A stretch of DNA of 64,000 bases from Geosiphon pyriformis uo1 (taxonomy: Eukaryota > Fungi > Glomeromycota): assembly GCA_016748015.1 (NCBI GenBank), contig JAAOMT010000034.1, forward strand, positions 1 to 64,000. The letters run 5' to 3'. The position numbers and the translations under genes were made by a program. Positions 1 through 12,900 of the stretch are shown piece by piece (the stretch's first letter is position 1; each line of letters opens with the position of its first letter). The notes under the pieces are model-generated. The model had not been told where the DNA came from, searched no databases, and saw nothing but the letters and a program-made list of their open reading frames with translations.

Positions 1-950
1 ATTAACAATCACCAGCAGAAGAAACAGATATATAATAGTAGCCATGGACTATTTTACTAAATGGCCAGAGGTGAAAGCAATTCAAAGAGCAGATGCAGAA
101 TTCATTGCCGAATTCATTCATCAAGATTTAATTTGTCGACACAGATGTCCAAAGGAATTATTATCAGACCAAAAAACTCATTTTGTAAACAGAACATTAA
201 TAGAATTGAGCCAAAGATTCGAAATTAAGAGACCATTATCATCACCATACCATCCACAAACCAACAGATTAGTCGAAAGATTCAACAGAACATTGTGTGA
301 AGCAATTGCCAAACTCAGCCAAGAAAACCAGGATGAATGGGACTTGTTTATACCATCAGTATTATTTTCTTATCGGACAATAAAGCAAGATACTATACAA
401 GCAACACCATTCAAATTAGTATACAGTAGAACAGCAACATTACCAGTAAAGAGAGAAATTAATACATATCTAGCTGAACCAATAACAGAAGAGAATTTTC
501 AAGAAACATTGCTGAGAAAAACATATGACTTAATAAAAACATTGAAAAACAAACGAAGAAGAGCAGCTGATAATATTCAAAAGTCACAAGAGAAACAGAA
601 AGAAAGACATGATAGTCAACTACTAAACAAACCAGTTGAATTCAAGATTGGAAACAAAGTACTCTTATATCATACCAAAGTGGAAAAACAATAGAGTGGA
701 AAATTCGACCCCAAATGAGATGAACCATTTTACATAGAAGAAATTCTAGGAAATGGAGCTTATAAATTAAGACTGGATAACAAAATTTTAACCAAAGCAG
801 CACATGGAGATCAACTGAAACTATACCACAACATCACACTATCATCTACTAGTAATATTTCACAATCAGAAGTACAGAGAATACTAGTCCAACCAGATAA
901 GATTCCACAAGATTTGGAACCAATAGTTATTATTGACAACAACACGTTAA
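1..950 (+). pseudogene. Gypsy A integrase (rve core plus GPY/F-type C-terminus), interrupted by stops
   Basis: ORF 44-694 continues past stops as SGKFDPK*DEPFYIEEILGNGAYKL...AHGDQLKLY. No chromodomain seen. Confidence 0.88.
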
Positions 951-1009
951 ATTGATTCAGCAAAAGAATATATAAAGACACGGTAGATGTGACAGGAAAT
1001 ATCAGAAAA

Positions 1010-1639
1010 ATGGAAATTACAGACAACATTCACTCACTAGCACAACAACTCTTTCAGTTGATCCAACACCAGGAAATGCAGATTACAATCAATCAACAAA
1101 CCATTTGATATCAAGATACTAGAAAGACATTACAATCCAAAACACAGAAGAAAACTGAAAATATGGTGGACAAAATCATGGTAAAAGTAAAATTAGTAAT
1201 AAGAGAGTCAACAAAAAAGGCACTATATTAAGAATTGACTAAAGAAACTTGGAATTGGTGAATACAATAATTTCCAAAAAACTATTGTTATTTTTACTTG
1301 GGACAACACATAAATATCCAGAATCTATATACAGATAAAACAAAGTGATTATTCAACAAAAGAATACTACAACAATTAGAACATTTTGTGGAAAAAAACA
1401 ACTTATCCATACAGGCCCAAGTCATCTACTGAATACACACAGCATTTCAGAATAGACCAGAAATATTACTCAACAAAGCAATAGATATGGTTACCAGTAA
1501 TCAATTGGAAAAGATCACCAATGCTCAATTTGAAGAATTACAGGCCCAAATAACACAAGTAATTCTTGAAAACAAAATCCAGAAAATACTTCAAGAGGGG
1601 GAATTAAATGAGTTGGATTTTGATGGAGCTCAATATTAA
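1010..1639 (+). pseudogene. Gypsy A extra 3' ORF (ORF3), unknown function, ~209 codons with in-frame stops
   Basis: ATG 1010 to TAA 1639 in one frame (MEITDNIHSLAQQLF...YFYLGQ...FNKRILQQLEHFV...TNAQFEELQ...DFDGAQY*). Homologous to ORFs in the same position in elements B and C. Confidence 0.75.
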
Positions 1640-1652
1640 AAGAAGGGAATAA

Positions 1653-2531
1653 TGTTACTCATAGAATATAGGAAATATAGTATTATTAGTGAGTAGATAT
1701 TAGCCAATTAGAAGTAGGCGTAGTAAATGTGAAATTCCAGGATTCCTCTCAGGAATTCCAGGATTCCAGGAATTTCAGGATTCTCTGACAAGGAATCACA
1801 GAATTCCAGAATTTCAGGATTCCTCTCAAAGGAGTTGCAAGATTCCAGGAATTTCAGGATTCCTATTATGAAAAATTGAAGAATTAAGAAATCTTAAATA
1901 TGTATATATAGCAGTAGTATTAGAAACAGAAAAGACAGAATCAATACTACAGAATCCTTAGCCTAGAAACAAAATTATCAAATAAATAATTATTTCATAT
2001 CTCAATCCACTCTCCACTATTAACACTTCATGTTAATAGTAATTGATACTTAACTATGCTGGAACAATAGCTCTTGATTACGCCTATTGACGAGATACTA
2101 ACATACTAAATTGCCTTGGCTTATTTTCTCTATTTTCTTTAATTTTATTTCTTTATTTTATTTTCTTTCTTTTTTTGATTTTGTTGTTGTATACTAATTA
2201 ATTAAAAAATTAAGCACTGAGTTATTGACGTCAAGGATAGCCTGGTAAAAGACCCAGAAATAAGAGTAGGATTTTATATATTATCGGATAGCTTACCAGA
2301 AGAACATGACTGCCAGACTAAATCCAGCCACCATGCTGAAAAAGAAATTGGGAAAACTCTTGGAAAGATACATCTACTATCAACACTATTGAATCTTTGT
2401 TCATTATACAAAGGACTCCATCAAAACCTTCAGATACAACCCTTGTAGAACCTCATCTATGGAAATAGCTTTTGAGCACCAAGTTACAGGTTTGTTATTT
2501 AATTCAACAGCAGAAATAATCACCTGTAACA
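1653..2531 (+). repeat. 3' LTR of Gypsy A
   Basis: TGTTAC...GTAACA termini. U3 tandem array of GAATTCCAG/GATTCC units at ~1731-1863. TATA-like ~1903, AATAAA ~1981. Downstream half similar to LTR B. Confidence 0.88.
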
Positions 2532-5500
2532 ATGCACCTGCATTGATCTTAAAGTTGCACTGGAAATCCTTGCAACAACAATGGTTCAATTAGCATCTAG
2601 AAATAGCTTAGTGAAAAAAGAAATCAGCATCAGAGAAAGAACAATTGACACCAGATATGTGGAAAATATCATTGCTATGCTACAAAATGACTCAGAAAAA
2701 GCCTATATCATAGAGCTAAACAAAAAGATAGCACAAGCAATATTTCTGCCTCTGGTTAAAATAGCTCAATTAGTATTAGTGAGAAACAGGGAAAAATTAG
2801 GAATTACAGCTAGAGAGATACAAGGATTTGGATCAACAGGTAGAATAGATGTACCAGTTAATATGACAGAAGAAGAGATTATTGACAAGGGAGAAATTAT
2901 ATCCATCTGTTAATTAATTTCCATTCCACCATATGACTAGTACATGTTAACCATAGAAAGAAAAGTGAAGGATCAGACACAAATTTTTGAAGTAAAACCA
3001 ACCATTTGTGAATCAGGAGAAATTGGACTTATTAATCTCTACATACCAGCCAAAAACAAAAAACATATCAAAATTTCCATCTACAATGCAACAGAAAACG
3101 TCATAAAAATACCAAAAAAAACCACCATTGGGTATTTAAGCACTGAAATTGAAGAACAGACACCAAACCCCATTCCAGATTTCTCACAGCTTTGTGAATA
3201 TATGGATATCATGTCACAAACAATTTACAGACAGAACAAATGTTATCTGTTCCAACCAGAACAATTGGAATAAATGAACATGGAAAACTTAGATTCACTT
3301 CAACATATGCAGTTCAAGATATTACTCAACAACTTTAATGACATCTTTGCTAACGAAAATAAATTTGGCTGTATTGACATTATCCAGCATCAGATCAAGA
3401 CTGAAAATGTGATGCCAATAAAACAATAAGCATACAGAGTACTACCAGCCAGTCATGAAATCATTCATCAAAAAATCAATCAGATGCTTGACAACAGGCT
3501 AATTTAGCCATCAATGAGCCTATGGTCATTACCAGTGGTACTAGTCCATAAGAAAAATAAGAAAATTTGCTTTTGTGTGGATTACAAAAAACTGAATGAA
3601 GTAACAAAAGGAGATAGCTATCTGACTCCAAAAATTCAAGAACTGTTTAATGCTTTTGGATGAAAGAAATGGTTTTCAACTTTGGACTTAAACAGTGGTT
3701 ACTGGCAAGTAGCCATGAAACCAGAAGATAAAAAAAAAATGGTTTTTACAATGCAAGAAGAGAATTTTGAATTTGAAGTAATGCCATTTGGTTTAATGAA
3801 TGCACCAGCCACCTTCCGATGACTAATAGAAATTGTTTACACCAGACTATTATGGAAATCAGTAGTTGTTTACTTAGATGACACAAAGGTGTTCTCCAAA
3901 ACATTTGATGATCATTTGCATTATCTTCAACAAGTGTTTGAAAGACTAAGAAAAGCCAGATTAAAATTAAATACAACCAAGTGTTTCTTTGGAAAAACTG
4001 AACTCAAGTTTTTGGAACATGTTGTGAGCAAAGACAGTATCAAAATGAATCCAGACAAGATCGAGATAATCAAGAACTTTCTAGTACCAACCAACTTGAC
4101 AGAACTAAGAGCATTTTTGGAATTTGCCAGATACTATTACCACTTTATCAAAAATTTTTCTAAACTGGCCCAGCCATTACACCAGCTCCAATCAAAAAAC
4201 ATCAAGTATGAATAGACAGAAAACCAGCAAGAAGCTTTTGACATATTAAGAAAAAAGCTTATTCAAGCTCCAGTGTTGATGTATCCAGATCACAGCAAAC
4301 CATTCATCATCACCACCGATGCATTAGGCCAAGCATTAGAAACAGTACTATCGCAAAAAAGACCAGATGGAAGAGAACATCCAGTAGCTTACACCAGCTG
4401 AAGTTTGAGTCCAGCTGAAAAGAACTATGGAACACCAGCATTAGAACACTTAGCAATCTATTGGGCAGTCATGAAATAGAAAAAATACTTAAGCCAAAAG
4501 TTCGACATATACACTGATCATAAAGAATTGACTTCAATCTAGAAGCAAGAATTTGGAAATGATCATTATACTCAATAGAAAATAGAACTTTTACCATTTA
4601 AATATATCATACACTACAAAAAAGGAAAAGAAAATGGAAATGCCGATAGTTTATTATGAATAAGACAAATTTAAGAACACTTTAAACCAAAAATATAACA
4701 AAAGATGAATAAACAAAAATATTAACAACTTCAACATTTTATAAATACTCAATGGTTCAAGAAGAAATTATCTTAAAAGGAACAAAACCATATCAAACAA
4801 CAGTCCAAATATTTTATCACTCACTAAAATATACTTTATCAGAAAAACAGAAAGAATTCAGATCAACCAACCAGAGTAATCATAGAACCAGAAAAAGAAA
4901 CAATATTATTTAACATGTACTCTGATTCAACAGCAGGACATTTTCACAAAAAAGCAACCATAAAAAGAACCAGAAATAGATACTATTGGCCATTCATGTA
5001 TCCAAACATCATCTAATACGTGCAAAATTGTGATGCTTGTCAGAAAAGAGGAGGAACAAGACCTAGCGAGCTATTAAGACCAATCAAAGTAGAACAACCA
5101 TTCAAGCAGATTGGAATTGACTTAGTTGGACTATTAATAATAACTAGCAGAAAGAACAGATACATTGCAGTAGCCATGAATTATCTCACTAAATGGCCAG
5201 AAGCAAAAGCAATTCAAAGAGTGAATACAAAATCTATTGCCGAATTCATCCATTAAGATCTGATTTGTCGACACAGATATCCAAAAGAATTATTATCTAA
5301 CCAAAAAACTCACTTTGTGAATAGAACATTAACAGAACTGAGTCAAAGATTTGGAATGAAGAAACCATTATCATTGCTATATCACCCACAAATCAATAGA
5401 TTAGTCAAAAGATTCAATAGAATATTGTGCAAAGCAATAACCAAGATCAGCCAAGAAAACCAGGATGAATGGGACTTATTCATATCATTAGTACTATTTG

Positions 5501-6068
5501 CTTATTAGATGATGAAACAAGATACTACACAAGCAACACCATTTGAATTAGTATACGGTAGAACAGCAATACTACCAGTTGAGATAGAGGTCAATACATA
5601 TTCAATAGAACCAATAACAGAAGACAATTTCCAAGAAACATTGCTGAAAAGAATATATAATATAATAGAAACACTAGAAAACAAATGGTGAAGAGCAGCT
5701 GATAACATTCAAAAATCACAAAAAAAAACAAAAAAAGGCATGATAATCAACTACCAGATAAACCAGTCGAATTCAGAATTGGAGACAAAGTACTGTTACA
5801 TCATACCAAAGCAGAAAAACAGTGGAATGGAAAGTTTGATCCAAAATGGGACAGACTATTTCACATACACAAAATTTTAGGAAACAGATCTTACAAGTTA
5901 CAATTAGAAAACAGAATTCTGAAAAAGACAGCACATGGAAATCATTTAAAAATTTATCAAACACAAGAATCGACATTAGTGGAACCACAACTAAGAGCAC
6001 AAATTTCATTAATTAAACCAGAAGATATACCACAAGATATGAAACCAATAATAATCATCAAGACATAG
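2532..6068 (+). pseudogene. Gypsy B pol remnant: dUTPase-RT-RNaseH-integrase
   Basis: ORF 2581-2913 has KKIAQ and REIQGFGSTG. ORF 3889-4215 is RT/thumb. ORFs 5020-5691 are integrase (CDACQ, GIDLVG). Confidence 0.88.
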
Positions 6069-6148
6069 CTACACACATGCTGAAATCCAGATATTACGCA
6101 CATATAAGCCTCGAGACCACAAAGAAGGGAACGATAGAAATTTCAAAC

Positions 6149-6918
6149 ATGGATCTTTTAGACAAAATTTTAAAATTATCTAAACAATTATTTAATGAAA
6201 TTCAAAAATCTACATCTCAAATAGAAATTATAATTAATAAAAAAAAATAAGATATAGAGATAAGAAGAAGAGAGAAATGGGTGAGAGTTCAACTAAAACT
6301 AACCATTTCCATCCCTACATTCTGCTTGGAAAAGAAATTTTACAAAAAAAAATTAAATATACTTTTCAGGCAGGATGTGGAGAAAAAGGAGGGAAGAAAG
6401 AAAAAGGAGTAAAAAAATTAGATAGAAGACAAAAACAATTATATACAACATACTTGGCCCTTGAGCTAGAGAAAATTAAAAAATTTTTAGCTCGTGGGAC
6501 CAAACTCCCCAAAACAGGGGAGTGGACACTAAATAATGCCCAGAAGTGAAAAGAAAGACTTCCTCCAATATATTGGTTTTACAAAATCAGAGAACAACTA
6601 GACTTAGAAAACCCATACAGAGACTACAACCAGAAAACTTTCAACAAAGAAGCAATACAACAAGTAGAAAAATTTGTAGGAAGGAACAACCTAACACTAC
6701 ACTATAAGGCAGCATGTCAATTATATGTTACTTTTTGACATTGTCTAAATATACTATTGGATAGATCTTTGAAAAAGATAACAGTTAACAACATAAGATG
6801 AATGACCAATCAACAGTTTGAAGATTTACAAAAAGCCATAGTCAACATAACCATCGAACATTATACAAACAAAGTTTTATTAACAGACATAATCGATTTC
6901 ACAGGAGCTTAATATTAA
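6149..6918 (+). pseudogene. Gypsy B extra 3' ORF (ORF3)
   Basis: MDLLDKILKLSKQLF..., frameshift in the A-run ~6240, then NHFHPY...PIYWFYKI...FNKEAIQQVEKFVGRNNL...TNQQFEDLQ...DFTGA*Y*. Confidence 0.7.
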
Positions 6919-6933
6919 AAAAGGAGAAGATAA

Positions 6934-7833
6934 TGTTACTTGAAGAAAGAAAGCCTATCAAAGAAAGAAAGAAAAACATGACTTGAAGAAAAACATAATG
7001 AAACATAAAGGAACACAGAATAGCATGCAATAACATAGAATAACACGTTATAACATAGGATAATGTGTTATAACATAAGATAACATAGAATAACATGTAA
7101 TAACATCAGATAACGTGTTATAACATAGAATAATTAGTTATAACATAAGAAAAATGAAGTAATAGTTAGCAAAAACAGATGATCCAAAGCAATCCTATAA
7201 AACTAGAAAATACATATATATAGCAGTAGCATTAGAGACAGAAAGAAGGAAGGGAGAAAAAAAAATTCCTTAGTTATCATTCCCTAGTTAGAAACCATAG
7301 CATTCCAAAATATCAATAAATATACTTATTCAGCATCTCAAATCTAGTTGTTTGCTATCAACCCTAAATGGTGATAGTAATTAATACTTAAAACACATAA
7401 GAACAATAGCCCTTGATTATGGCTATTGATGGAATACTAACTTGTATTGCCTTGGCTTCTTGTTTTTATTTTCTTTATCTCTTTTATTTTTTGTCTTTAT
7501 TTTGTTGGGTATACTAATTGATTGAAGGTTAAAGTGCTAAGTATTGACATCAAGGATTGCCTGGTAAAAAACCCCTACAAGTGGGTAGAATGCATAAAAA
7601 TTATGGATTGCTTACCAGAGAATTGCCAGCCATCATGCTAAGAAAAAAATTGATGGAATTGCAATTCCAGAAAGCTACAGAAAAAATAACACAGGTATCT
7701 CAGTCCATTATACAAAGAACTCCAATCAAAACCTTCTGATTGAAACATCTTCAAACATTACTAACATCATCAATTAAGCACCAAGTTATGAGTTTGTTAT
7801 TTGCTTTGAGACCCCAAATAATCACCTGTAACA
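6934..7833 (+). repeat. 3' LTR of Gypsy B
   Basis: TGTTAC...AATAATCACCTGTAACA (same end as LTR A). 10-bp TAACATAGAA-type tandem array at ~6990-7150. Confidence 0.88.
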
Positions 7834-8262
7834 TTGGTTTTGTAGGATATGCAGAAAGCATACAATTCAATTGGCTGGAAACATCTTGAGAAAAGTTTGA
7901 TCAAGATTAAGATGTGCAGCAAGTTTATTCAGTTTTTTGGTGGTATTCATAGAGATCATACCAACAGGATGATGACAGATTTTGGGTTGATGGATGGTTA
8001 TCGTGTATATGATGGTTTGGACCAAGGAAAGATTTTTTTTCTACTTCTGTGGTGCATATTTTATGATCTTCTGCTATGTGAAGTCAAGAGACAGAAAAGC
8101 ATGTATAATTATAGGTTAAGTTCTCATTTTATTTCAAGGAATAGTCGTGCCAAGTTCTGGCTGGGCTCTCTTCCTTTTTTGCTACTGGTGCCTTTATCGA
8201 TGATACAATTTGAGTTGGTAGTAGTTAGGCAGCTACTCAACATATTTTCAATATTGCAATAA
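7834..8262 (+). pseudogene. LINE ORF2 reverse transcriptase fragment (host of Gypsy B), 3'-truncated
   Basis: DMQKAYNSIGWKHL...DGLDQG..., closely similar to 31270-31700. Confidence 0.85.
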
Positions 8263-8269
8263 ATAACAC

Positions 8270-9600
8270 AAATAAGTTTTTAATATTTTGAATTATGATA
8301 ATTTAGTTTTTAATGTTTTTTGTTTTTTTTTAATAAAAAATTTTTTTGAATATTTATTTTAAAAGTAAAGACTAAAAATTAATTAAAATAAAAGATTAAA
8401 ATCTAACAAAAGTAATTTGTTAAATAAATTGTTGTTTTTTTCAATATTAAAGCTATTTTATATATATATATATTTGTAGTTTTATAAGAAAACACATTAT
8501 AATACTTTTTTTTGATATTTTAATCTTATTTGTTGCTATTATCAATTGGTATTTGCTATTATTATAAATTAATACTTGTTATTATTGTAAGATAATGTTT
8601 ATTACTAAGTTAATTATTATTTTTTTAAGATTATTACTGTGCTATAATATGATTAAATAATTTATATTATTTTATAATTCCTTTGCAAGATTTTTGAATC
8701 ATAATAATATATAAATTATTACTTAAACTATCATAATAATAGCTAATTAAATTATAATAAAAATTATACACTATTATAAGTAAATTTCTTGTGTAAATTA
8801 ATTGTTTTATAACTTGGTATTTAAGTTAATTATTATTATAATCGAAAAATATCTAAAGATTTTAAGAATAAAATTCTTTATATAATAAACAAAAATTTAA
8901 TATAATTGTAATTAGTACTTAATATGTGTTTTTTTTAAACTAGTAATTAATTTATTCTAGTGTTTATACTTTTTTATAACTATATTTATGCTTTTTTCTG
9001 ACATTTTTTATCAAACAATTTTTAATATTATAATTTTAGTATTTTTTTTTAATTAATTAGTAAAACAAAAAAACAACAAAAAAAATAAAATAAATAAAAT
9101 AAAAATTATTATTTTATTAATAATTATAATTAAAAACTATTATTTTAGTGTTTTAAGTCAATATAATTAATACTAATAACATTAATATAAAAAGTATTTG
9201 AATTTTAACTAAATAAATTATGATTTATAAATAAATAATATTAAGTATAATTAGATTAATATGTTTATTAAATTAGTTATAGCTTTGATTAAAGTAATAA
9301 TAAAAACTAAACTGATCTCAAAACAAATTTGTTTGGCTTTAAGATATTTATTCTTTTAGTTTTTAATATTTTTATTATATACATATAAATTATTATAATA
9401 TAAAATTTCTAAAAAATTTTGAATTATTATTAAAATTTCTGACAATTTTAGAATTTTTAAAATTTTTGGTATTTTGCTAATATTTTTGTAATTCTTAAAA
9501 TTTCTAAAATTTTTAATATTATATATTTAATAATTTTTTATTTTACTATTAACTATTTTATATTATTTTTATTATCTGTTTTTTTATATAAATAATATTA
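8270..9600 (-). mobile_element. Heavily AT-eroded Gypsy/LTR-A-like remnant
   Basis: 9030-9105 is the reverse complement of the LTR A T-tract/TACTAATTAATT region. 9400-9510 resembles the eroded GAATTCCAG array. Boundaries approximate. Confidence 0.5.
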
Positions 9601-9910
9601 ACTAAAAACTAATATATTAGATAATATAACTAAAAAATTAGTTTAAACCAAAATTGACCAATATGTTTTTATTGTTATTATTTAGAATAAAAAGTTTTTT
9701 TTAATTATAGTACTATAATTAATACAATAATATAGAATTAATAAAAACCAAAAAAAATAGAATTTTATTTTTTTTTATTTTTTTTTTATTACATTTAATG
9801 AGTAAAATCCAAATGTAACCTAGTACTATACATCAATCAAATGATCTAAATTAGGAGTGAATCATGCATTTTCCACATGTGACCAGCCATTCAGGCCAAC
9901 CAGAACAACA

Positions 9911-12900
9911 CTAAGCACTTATATGAATAGAGACTACATCACAAATACCTGAAAAAAACAAACAAGGTTTGTGAAACCTGAAACCAATACCAACAGCATT
10001 AGCAATACCCAACAACCTAACCATGCCAGGAGAGAACACCATAGGAAAACTGGAGACTGAAACAGAAATAGAACTATTACATGGAATTAGCCCATTCTTC
10101 TTCATAAAAGCCTGGTGTTTAGCATGGACTAGCTAAATATCATCTCGGAAAAACACACAAAACCCATGTACAAAATCCACAATATTCGAAGCCACAACCA
10201 TGGAATCTTTAAAAACTGACAATGACTCCTGATACCAACCACCAAAAACAAAGCCCTTATACAGAGCTGTACTGACTGCAGCATCTGCAATGCAAATAGA
10301 CAGCAACTGGGAGACACATGAAGAAAACTGAACCAAACTAAAATAAGCTTCCCAAGCCAACACATGAGCAACAAACAACTGAACATGGCCAGCAGCATCA
10401 AATAGACAAGAAAAAATATGGTCTGAGACCTCAATATCACCACAGAACAAACACATCACACTGGCATAGCACTTATTATACAAATGCTTCCACACAGCAA
10501 CAGGAAGCCGATGATGAAGAGCCTTCATAAAGTAAGTCTGTAAGCCAGCAGTACATCTACTAGTAAAACCCAAAGCCAAATGAGAATCCAGGTGTCACAC
10601 CAAAGAGGACCACAACCAATCAATATCAGGATGCAAACTGACTGGAACAACCCGTGAACCAGAACCAATCTCCCAGCACGCACAATGGACTGATCGGAAA
10701 ACATCGTGAACAAAATGCCTGGAATTACTAAAAACTGCAGCACCACCAGCCTTCAGAAACCTCTCACTGACCAAATAGGACAGGCACCAGGCAGAAAGAG
10801 TAGCACCTTTAGCAAGCACATCAGCATGCTTATTGCCCAGAACACTTGAATAATCTTTAACCTTAATCCAATTTATATCTAAATTTTTCTGACGAATGAC
10901 ATTGGCGATATGGCAACGCTCAATCCAACAACAATTTCTGAAGTCCAGACCAACCAACAAAGATTCTAATCTACATGCATCCAAAGCTGCCTGGCTGTCT
11001 GAGAACAAGTCAACTAAGCAAAAAGAAGGAATACACTCCAGAGCCAGAGCAATAGCCTGCAATTCTGTTAAAGTAGAAGAGACCAAACCAGACACACTCA
11101 CACCCAAACCTGAATTAATGTTCTCAAAAAAAACAGCAGCACCAGCCTTCATGTCAACAGTACCCAAATTACACAGAAAGGCAGTCAGCACCAGTATTCG
11201 ACAAATCATTACAAATGACAACAAAACCAAAAAATTAACAAACATCAGAAGGGTCAAGAAATTTTGTATGTGAAGAGCAAATAGAAAAAGAAACAACGTT
11301 ATCAAGAAAACGAACAGACAGATTAAACCAGAAAGAAACTGGACCATGGGGATCCAGTCTTTTCCAATGCTTGAAGGTCTTCTAGGCAAAAACAACACCA
11401 TTCTAGTCATGGAACTGTTCCACAAAGGCAATACTGTAATGCTTAAGAGAAGACACACATTTGAAAAAAATCTTCTTACCAAGAACACGAGACATTGGGA
11501 TACCACCTCGAAGACGAAAAGCATCAGCCAGAGAGCCACTCAAAGATAAATCACATCCAGAAAAAATACAAACCACATCTGCCAAAAAGTTATTCGAAGG
11601 GCTAATACTAACATGAGCTGGAAACAACAAAGGGTGATGAGGATGCCAGCTAAGAACCTGGAGGTCATGAGACCTATGAGAAAACAGATGGCCCAAAACA
11701 CCAGCAGAATTCGCAAAAGCAACAACAGATGCCAATTTGCTTTCAGCCTGAACCTGTTCAAAAGTCTTTAAATTGTACAGAGAAAGATGATGAAGTGCAT
11801 CATTGGGAAAGTCGAGCAGAAGTCCAGATTTAGATTTCAAACCTTTGTGAATCAGAGCATCCCATTTATTAAACACACTGACTGGAACAAAACTGAATTG
11901 AGTTCTGTAGCCAATAATAAGAAATAGAACTGAAGACACCAAATAAGCAAACTGCTTATCTGAAATTGTCTTTTTCAAAATGAGATTAACAAAAAACCGA
12001 ATGTCTGAATGTGCCTTAGCCAAGCTGGGTCTCGAAAGACCTTCAGAAGACAAAAATATGTCCAGATAATGATGAGGTTCCCTTTTTTTGGCAATGAAGA
12101 TAGGCAAGCCAATAATAGTCAAAACTGGATTAACAATCCGACAGTTGATAGAAATGGCCACAGTTTTGTCATTATTAATTAAAATGTCATTAAACCTGAA
12201 AAATTCACTAGCAATGTTAAGAATATATTGAGTAGCAACCTGGCTGCTACCAACCCAAATTGTATCATCAACAAAAGCACCAGCAGTCAGAAACAAAGTT
12301 AGTTTACTTTGAGATTCCACATGGCCAGTTTTGGAGACAAAATGAGAAATCAAATGGTAACTACATACACTTTTCTGTCTCCTGATCTCACACAGGAGCA
12401 AATCATAAAATATGCTCCAAAGAAGTGGCAAAAACACCTTCTCCTGATCCAAACCATCATGAACACAGTAACTGTTAGTCAACCCAAAATCTGTCATCAC
12501 TCTGTTAACACAATCATTATGAATGGAACCAAAGAACCTAATGAACCTATCACACATTTTAATCCTGACTAGACTCCTTCTAAGATGCTCCCAACCAACA
12601 AAGTCATAAGCTTTCCACATGTCTTACAACACTAGCCACAGCTCTTGGTTTTTCTCCAGGGCATCCTTGACCACAGAACCAATGGCAAAAATAGGTAACT
12701 GAGTAGTTGTCCCCTTCAAGACAGAGAAATTGTCCCCATAGAGCACATTAAAAGAGCTACAAGCCAAAGAAATCCAGTCTGAAAGAATCTTAGAAAGAAT
12801 CTTGTGAGCAGTTTCAATTAAAACAATAGATTGGGTATTTGTGAGAACACCCTCCTACTCATAGGGTTTAAGAATCATTGAAACCCAAGCTTCCCTTCAA

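Larger units (their letters stand above)
1..2531 (+). mobile_element. Ty3/Gypsy LTR retrotransposon A (3' part only: integrase, extra ORF, PPT, 3' LTR), inserted in the dUTPase of element B
   Basis: Integrase core in ORF 44-694 (DYFTKW, SPYHPQTNRLVERFN). Purine tract 1638-1652, then LTR TGTTAC(1653)...GTAACA(2531). Sequence after 2531 resumes mid-dUTPase. Confidence 0.9.
2532..7833 (+). mobile_element. Ty3/Gypsy LTR retrotransposon B (from dUTPase to 3' LTR), inserted in a LINE RT
   Basis: Order dUTPase, RT (FCVDYKKLN, MPFGL, VYLDD), RNase H, integrase, ORF3, PPT ~6917-6930, LTR 6934-7833. Followed directly by LINE RT sequence. Confidence 0.9.

Noticed and set aside
2215-2531. U5 of LTR A as a proven coding extension of gag
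   Set aside because: Three stops in ~105 codons is near chance, any stop can be 'reverted' by T>C, and LTR B has non-triplet indels; only the splice signature is retained as a hypothesis.
6990-7150. Short tandem repeats in LTRs as a CRISPR array
   Set aside because: 9-10 bp degenerate units without unique spacers; eukaryotic LTR context; no cas genes.
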